Assembly (NCBI GenBank): GCA_040879785.1
Contig: JBBDJR010000004.1
Location: forward strand, 14,778 to 78,777
DNA from: Candidatus Pacearchaeota archaeon
GTDB taxonomy: Archaea; Nanobdellota; Nanobdellia; Pacearchaeales; GW2011-AR1
Reading direction: 5' to 3'
DNA: 64,000 bases
Of the stretch, positions 59,480-64,000 are shown piece by piece. The stretch's first letter is position 1, and every line of letters begins with the position of its first letter. The position numbers were made by a program, and so were the translations under genes. Under the pieces are notes generated by a model. The model saw nothing but the letters and a program-made list of their open reading frames with translations, did not search any database and was not told where the DNA came from.

Positions 59480-59891
59480 AATAAGTGATAAAATTGGAGA
59501 GATAGAAAAATACCTTCAGGAACTTTCAGAAACAATTCCTGTAAATATTGAAAATTATAAAGGCGACTTTAAAGCTCGCGCTGCCTGCGAAAGGTATTTT
59601 GAAAGGATAATCGAAGCCATTATCGATTTGGCGTTTTTTATGATTAAAGAGTATAGGTTAAAAACTCCTGAAGAGGACAGACAAGCTTTTGATATTTTGG
59701 AACAGGAAATGATAATCTCTGATAAATTAGCCGAAAAGATGCGTGATGCTAAAGGGATGAGAAATATAATTGCTCATGAATACGGGATAATAGATGACGA
59801 GATGGTTTTTGATTCTATAAAAAACGAGTTAGTCTCGGATGCTGAAGATTTTGTTAAACAAATTAAAGATTTTTTAAGAAATAAAAAATGA
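59472..59891 (+). CDS. HEPN (DUF86/HepT) RNase toxin
   Basis: ERYFERIIEAIIDL, RNIIAHEY (R-X4-H). Confidence 0.92.
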   Translation: MNRISDKIGEIEKYLQELSETIPVNIENYKGDFKARAACERYFERIIEAIIDLAFFMIKEYRLKTPEEDRQAFDILEQEMIISDKLAEKMRDAKGMRNIIAHEYGIIDDEMVFDSIKNELVSDAEDFVKQIKDFLRNKK

Positions 59892-60370
59892 CCTTTAAGG
59901 AGTACAAACAAAAGCGCAAATTCCCGGGAAAAGAAAAAACAACGGAACCAAAAGATAGTAAGACAAAAAAGTCTCGAACGCCGACGGCCCGAAAACCAAT
60001 CTTTGTAATTCATCGCCACGACGCAAGCCATTTACATTTCGACCTCCGTCTTGAAATGGACGGCGTCTTAAAATCCTGGGCCGTCCCTAAATCTCCAGAG
60101 GCGTTAAGCACAAAAGGAACAAAAAGACTTGCAATTCATGTTGAGGACCACCCTCTTTCTTACAAAGATTTTGAAGGAACAATTCCCGAAGGCAATTACG
60201 GTGCAGGAAAAGTTGAAATCTGGGATAACGGAACATACGAACTAAAAGAAAAAGAAAAAAAGAAAATTGAATTCACTCTCCACGGGAAAAAACTCGATGG
60301 AGATTATGTTTTAGTAAAAACGAATTATGGGAGCAAGCCGGAGAAGAGTTGGTTGTTTTTTAGGGTTTAA
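59888..60370 (+). CDS. Stand-alone LigD 3'-phosphoesterase
   Basis: FVIHRHDASHLHFDLRLE..GVLKSWAVPK, VEDHPLSY..FEG.IP.GNYGAG.V.IWD.G. Confidence 0.93.
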   Translation: MTFKEYKQKRKFPGKEKTTEPKDSKTKKSRTPTARKPIFVIHRHDASHLHFDLRLEMDGVLKSWAVPKSPEALSTKGTKRLAIHVEDHPLSYKDFEGTIPEGNYGAGKVEIWDNGTYELKEKEKKKIEFTLHGKKLDGDYVLVKTNYGSKPEKSWLFFRV

Positions 60371-60376
60371 TAAAAA

Positions 60377-60670
60377 ATGAATATTTTTGAAATAAAGGAT
60401 AAGACAGGAAGAGAAATTTATCTCACAAAAGAAAGATGGAGACATGTAACTTCGCCAATTTCTCCACATGCATACATGACAAATTACATTGAGTATATAA
60501 AAGAGACACTTACAAATCCTTATAAAATTATTTCTGACATGGATAATCCAAATAAAGCATATTATTTTAGATATCATAAAGATAAGAAAGAGTATTTGAA
60601 AATCGTAGTTAATTATTTAAATGGAAGAGGATTTATAATAACATCCTATTTTGTTAGGAATATTAGGTAA
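60377..60670 (+). CDS. Putative RelE-fold toxin
   Basis: IYLTKERWRHV...IKETLTNP...GFIITSY; coupled to a DUF2283-like gene. Confidence 0.65.
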   Translation: MNIFEIKDKTGREIYLTKERWRHVTSPISPHAYMTNYIEYIKETLTNPYKIISDMDNPNKAYYFRYHKDKKEYLKIVVNYLNGRGFIITSYFVRNIR

Positions 60671-60911
60671 AATGGAAGGAAAAATGAATCTTTATTATGA
60701 CGAAGAAGGGGATTATTTGGAAATATTTATAGAGGGTCAAAGCCCGACATATGGGGAAGATGTGGAAAACGGAATTACATTATTCAAAAAAGAAAGCACA
60801 GATGAAATTGTCGGAATAGGAATTTTAAACTTTAGAAAAAAAGCTAAATCACTTGACAACATAAGGCTTAATCTTCCCTTTAATGTCAATTTTTCTTCGC
60901 TAAAGGTTTAA
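60651..60911 (+). CDS. DUF2283-like putative antitoxin
   Basis: YYDEEGDYLEIFI...EIVGIGILNF. Confidence 0.78.
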   Translation: MLGILGKMEGKMNLYYDEEGDYLEIFIEGQSPTYGEDVENGITLFKKESTDEIVGIGILNFRKKAKSLDNIRLNLPFNVNFSSLKV

Positions 60912-60945
60912 GCTAGAAAAGAGCTGGCTGTTTTTCAAGATTTAA

Positions 60946-61203
60946 ATGATAGAAATTATAATCTATGGATTGATAGGATTTTGTCTTTCATTGTTTTCTA
61001 TTTGGTATTTTGAAATAGATGTTCCAAAGGCAGTTTTTTGGATTTTATTTCTTTTGCTACTTTTAATATATCTTTTTGGAGTAACCTTTATCGATCCTAA
61101 ATTCTGGTCAGATTATCCAGAAATATTTACAAACAAATTTTTTATACCTTTCATTATAGGAATTTTTATAGAATTAGCTTTTGAATCGTTTGAGATAATC
61201 TAA
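60946..61203 (+). CDS. Small multi-TM membrane protein
   Basis: Three hydrophobic segments. Confidence 0.6.
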   Translation: MIEIIIYGLIGFCLSLFSIWYFEIDVPKAVFWILFLLLLLIYLFGVTFIDPKFWSDYPEIFTNKFFIPFIIGIFIELAFESFEII

Positions 61204-61209
61204 CTATTC

Positions 61210-62208
61210 TCAAACCCCAAACTCTGCCTTACCTGCTTCTGCCCTGAATTCTCTGGACCTTGGTTTCCTTACCTTTCCGTCTTCTTCAATTTCTCCGGTC
61301 CACCATTCCAAATCAGGAACATCTGCCTCAATTCCTCGTGCCTTACAATACTCTCTCGACAATAGATAGAAAATTAATCCAAGACTTTTAGGACTTTTAT
61401 TATTTCCAAGAATTATCTGGTCCGCACCTTTCGAAAAGTTATTAGTGTCACAAACCATCAGAACCTTTTTGTTAACTTTAAGGGTGTCGTTAAGCGCGTT
61501 TTTATCAACCCAATGGTCAGTTACTATTGTTAGTTCATTCTCAAAAAAGTCTTCAAGGTTTTTATTTGTTAGAATTCCTGCAGGGTATTTCTTCGTGAAA
61601 ACTCTTATCCCGGTAATCTCTGAAAACTTCTTTGCAGCTTTCCATCCTGCCTCTCTCTTACATACAAGAATAACATCTTCGGGAGCGAACTTTGAAAGAA
61701 ACTCTATTCCCTCTCTAATTTTCTCGTCTATTAAATCGGTATTGAATATCGCCAAACCATCTGCTCTTCTCCTATAAACAAAAGGTTTCATGCTCGGAGT
61801 TACAACCCTTGTTCCGAGGTAGATTCCCGCTTTAACATACTCCTCGAGAGGAATAAGCATCTCTTTTTTCTTTACTTTGACCTTTTCTTTCAACTCTTCA
61901 GTGTCAGGTTTTTTATCAACTTTTTCCTGCAACTTCTTAGCTTTCTCCAAAAGAGCTTTCTTTTTCTTTTCAATATCTTTCTCTCTGGAAGTCGATTCCT
62001 TTTCAGCTTCTTTCTCAAGATCTTTATCAGAGGGTTCATCTTCCTTAGCAGATTTTTTCGCCGATTCCTTTTCAGGCTTTGCTTTAGTCTTCCCTTCAAT
62101 TTCTTCGGCAACCTTCTCTACAGCTTCCTTCCCTTTTTCAATAACCTTTTCCAGTACTTCTTCTCCTTTCTTAACATTATTTTCAATATCTTTAGCAACG
62201 TCTGTCAT
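61210..62208 (-). CDS. rps2: 30S ribosomal protein uS2 with long charged N-terminal extension
   Basis: YVKAGIYLGT, MKPFVYRRRADG, YPAGILTN, CDTNN, GNNKSPKSLGL. Confidence 0.93.
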   Translation of the reverse strand: MTDVAKDIENNVKKGEEVLEKVIEKGKEAVEKVAEEIEGKTKAKPEKESAKKSAKEDEPSDKDLEKEAEKESTSREKDIEKKKKALLEKAKKLQEKVDKKPDTEELKEKVKVKKKEMLIPLEEYVKAGIYLGTRVVTPSMKPFVYRRRADGLAIFNTDLIDEKIREGIEFLSKFAPEDVILVCKREAGWKAAKKFSEITGIRVFTKKYPAGILTNKNLEDFFENELTIVTDHWVDKNALNDTLKVNKKVLMVCDTNNFSKGADQIILGNNKSPKSLGLIFYLLSREYCKARGIEADVPDLEWWTGEIEEDGKVRKPRSREFRAEAGKAEFGV

Positions 62209-62245
62209 GAGATTTCAGAGAGAATTAGATTTAAAAAGCTTTACA

Positions 62246-62500
62246 TTACTTTTCCATTATAAATACCGTAGCTCTTTTCCCGGAGAATTCTTTAGGAAGA
62301 ATCACATGAGCCGCATTTCCGAATTTCTTAATCTTCAAATTTTTTATCGCACGAGGCATCATCTTTTTCATAGAATCGTAGGCCTTTGAAACATCTTTTT
62401 GCAACTGCTCAAGATTAACTTTGAGTTCTTTAGAGCTTACATCAACTCTTCGAACAGGTTTTTTTACATTACTATTAGAATTTTTCTTTACTTTTTTCAT
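62246..62500 (-). CDS. DUF2080 / AbrB-like small DNA-binding protein
   Basis: IKKFGNAAHVILPKEFSGKRATV. Confidence 0.75.
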   Translation of the reverse strand: MKKVKKNSNSNVKKPVRRVDVSSKELKVNLEQLQKDVSKAYDSMKKMMPRAIKNLKIKKFGNAAHVILPKEFSGKRATVFIMEK

Positions 62501-62517
62501 ATATACATATGTATATA
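62500..62517. promoter_or_regulatory. Perfect 18-bp palindrome, operator candidate
   Basis: TATATACATATGTATATA between TATA box and start codon. Confidence 0.55.
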
Positions 62518-62576
62518 CTTGTTTATAAAGTTAGGGGTTACTTCCCAACACATTTTATTTATCTTGATTTTAAGGA

Positions 62577-63308
62577 TTAAACAATTGTGATATTTTCTAA
62601 AGAAACATGTGCAAACTGGGTTCCAGGAGGACCTCCAGATAGTTGGAATCTCCAGAAATTTTCATTAAAATTATAGTCATAATACTCTGTGAATTCATAT
62701 TCTCCCTCTTCTAGTAAATTTGATTCTGCTAGTTTTTCATAAGCTTCTGAAGCCTTCAACTCAAATATAGAATAATCAAAACAGTCTTCTAATTGAGGGT
62801 GCCATCTTCCCCCCCTATAGTTGTCTCCCTTACACTTAATTCTTTCTACAAATTCTATGTCTTCCGTGTTTATCGTCATAATAATCATATCCACACACCC
62901 ACTATTAGTGCACATCCCTTGTTCATGATGAATTCTTCCAGAAATTCTTGCTTTTACAATCCCATCTCCCAATAATTCATTGTCTTCTGTAGCTTCTATT
63001 TTGTCCTTAAATGTGGTTCCTTCCCTAAATCTTATAAAAACAGTTTTGTCTTCGTCGCTAATGTGAAATCCAGATCCCATCTTTCCTTCAACAGTAATCT
63101 CCTCAGTTAAACAAGAATCAGGGTTGCATACTTGGTATGCCTGTGAAGGACTAATTGGCTGGGTAATATCAGGGATTGGTTGTTCTTTTATATCTGGAAT
63201 AAATATGACTAATGAAGCTAATATTACTATCAGGACTATAAATCCTATAACCAGGCCTTTTTGCATATTTTTTGATAGATTTTTAGATTTAAAAACTTTC
63301 TCAATCAT
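62577..63308 (-). CDS. Membrane-anchored hypothetical protein
   Basis: N-terminal TM, Cys pairs, possible OB-like region. Confidence 0.65.
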   Translation of the reverse strand: MIEKVFKSKNLSKNMQKGLVIGFIVLIVILASLVIFIPDIKEQPIPDITQPISPSQAYQVCNPDSCLTEEITVEGKMGSGFHISDEDKTVFIRFREGTTFKDKIEATEDNELLGDGIVKARISGRIHHEQGMCTNSGCVDMIIMTINTEDIEFVERIKCKGDNYRGGRWHPQLEDCFDYSIFELKASEAYEKLAESNLLEEGEYEFTEYYDYNFNENFWRFQLSGGPPGTQFAHVSLENITIV

Positions 63309-64000
63309 TTCCCAACCTTCCTCTCAATCTCAATCAACCTTTTGATTTTTACCTCGCGCCCTTTCCCAGTTATCCCACATTTTAAGAAATCCGCCTGGAA
63401 CCCGACTGCCAAATCAGCTAAAATATTTTCCTCAGTCTCGCCGCTTCTGTGAGAGAAAACAATTTTTATCCCATTTTTCTTTGCAAGCTCACAGACTTCT
63501 TTAACTCTCATGAGCGAGCCGTTCTGATTTGGTTTAACAATTATCGCATTTATACTTTTTTGTTCTATAGCTTTTTCAAGCCGTTTGTAATTAGTAGTTG
63601 TCAAATCGTCCCCTACAATCAGCGTGTCAGGGAATTTCTTGAGAAGGTTTGAAAAACTCTCAAAGTCATCCTCATTAAAAGGGTCTTCAACATAAAAAAG
63701 ATTAAAATTTTTTATAAGACTCGAAACGTAAAAAAGCTGTTCATCTTTTGTTCTACCTAAGACAGGATTCTGATACTGGTATCTTTTTCTTTTACAAAAC
63801 TCTGAAGCTGCAATGTCCAATCCCAAAGGTAAATTTAGGCCACTCATGCCGTCAAGTATATCTTTCTCATTTAACGAAGTCTCCCACGCATCTTCATCAT
63901 TTGTTTTGCTTCTGAAGTTTTCGTCATTGTCTTTAAGGAAGTAAACTATATCTTTTTTCGCTTTTTTAATTAGCTTAAAAGATTCCTTTGGAGAGTTTGT
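63305..64000 (-). CDS. eno: Enolase, 5' part outside window
   Basis: GLDIAASEF, VEDPF, VGDDL, KPNQ, SHRSGETE; frame open to window end. Confidence 0.9.
   Translation of the reverse strand, partial: TNSPKESFKLIKKAKKDIVYFLKDNDENFRSKTNDEDAWETSLNEKDILDGMSGLNLPLGLDIAASEFCKRKRYQYQNPVLGRTKDEQLFYVSSLIKNFNLFYVEDPFNEDDFESFSNLLKKFPDTLIVGDDLTTTNYKRLEKAIEQKSINAIIVKPNQNGSLMRVKEVCELAKKNGIKIVFSHRSGETEENILADLAVGFQADFLKCGITGKGREVKIKRLIEIERKVGK

Overview
A 64-kb AT-rich segment of a reduced DPANN archaeal genome, most consistent with a Pacearchaeota-like lineage. This is inferred from the archaeal 16S/23S signatures, the fused PriS-PriL primase, a form III-like RuBisCO, class I LysRS and a Methanococcus-type S-layer protein. 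Housekeeping genes: PCNA, intein-containing fused primase, LysRS, CysRS, Cbf5, TrmY, eS19/eL39/eL31/uS2, partial enolase, RNase P RNA, tRNA-Phe, and a 16S-tRNA-Ala(intron)-ORF-23S locus with no 5S in the window. Accessory content: (i) an S-layer gene with a ~490-nt structured leader containing a box C/D-like motif next to its SD; (ii) a cluster of class III signal peptide (pilin-like) and Cys-rich surface proteins; (iii) at least six toxin-antitoxin modules, one convergent and one decayed; (iv) ComEA and a soluble lytic transglycosylase; (v) a base-excision repair operon; (vi) a defence-like island (type IIG R-M, DUF3800 with an upstream hairpin, GIY-YIG, DUF2779); (vii) an MNT-HEPN-LigD phosphoesterase operon. 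All family calls come from motif recognition by eye; no database search was run.
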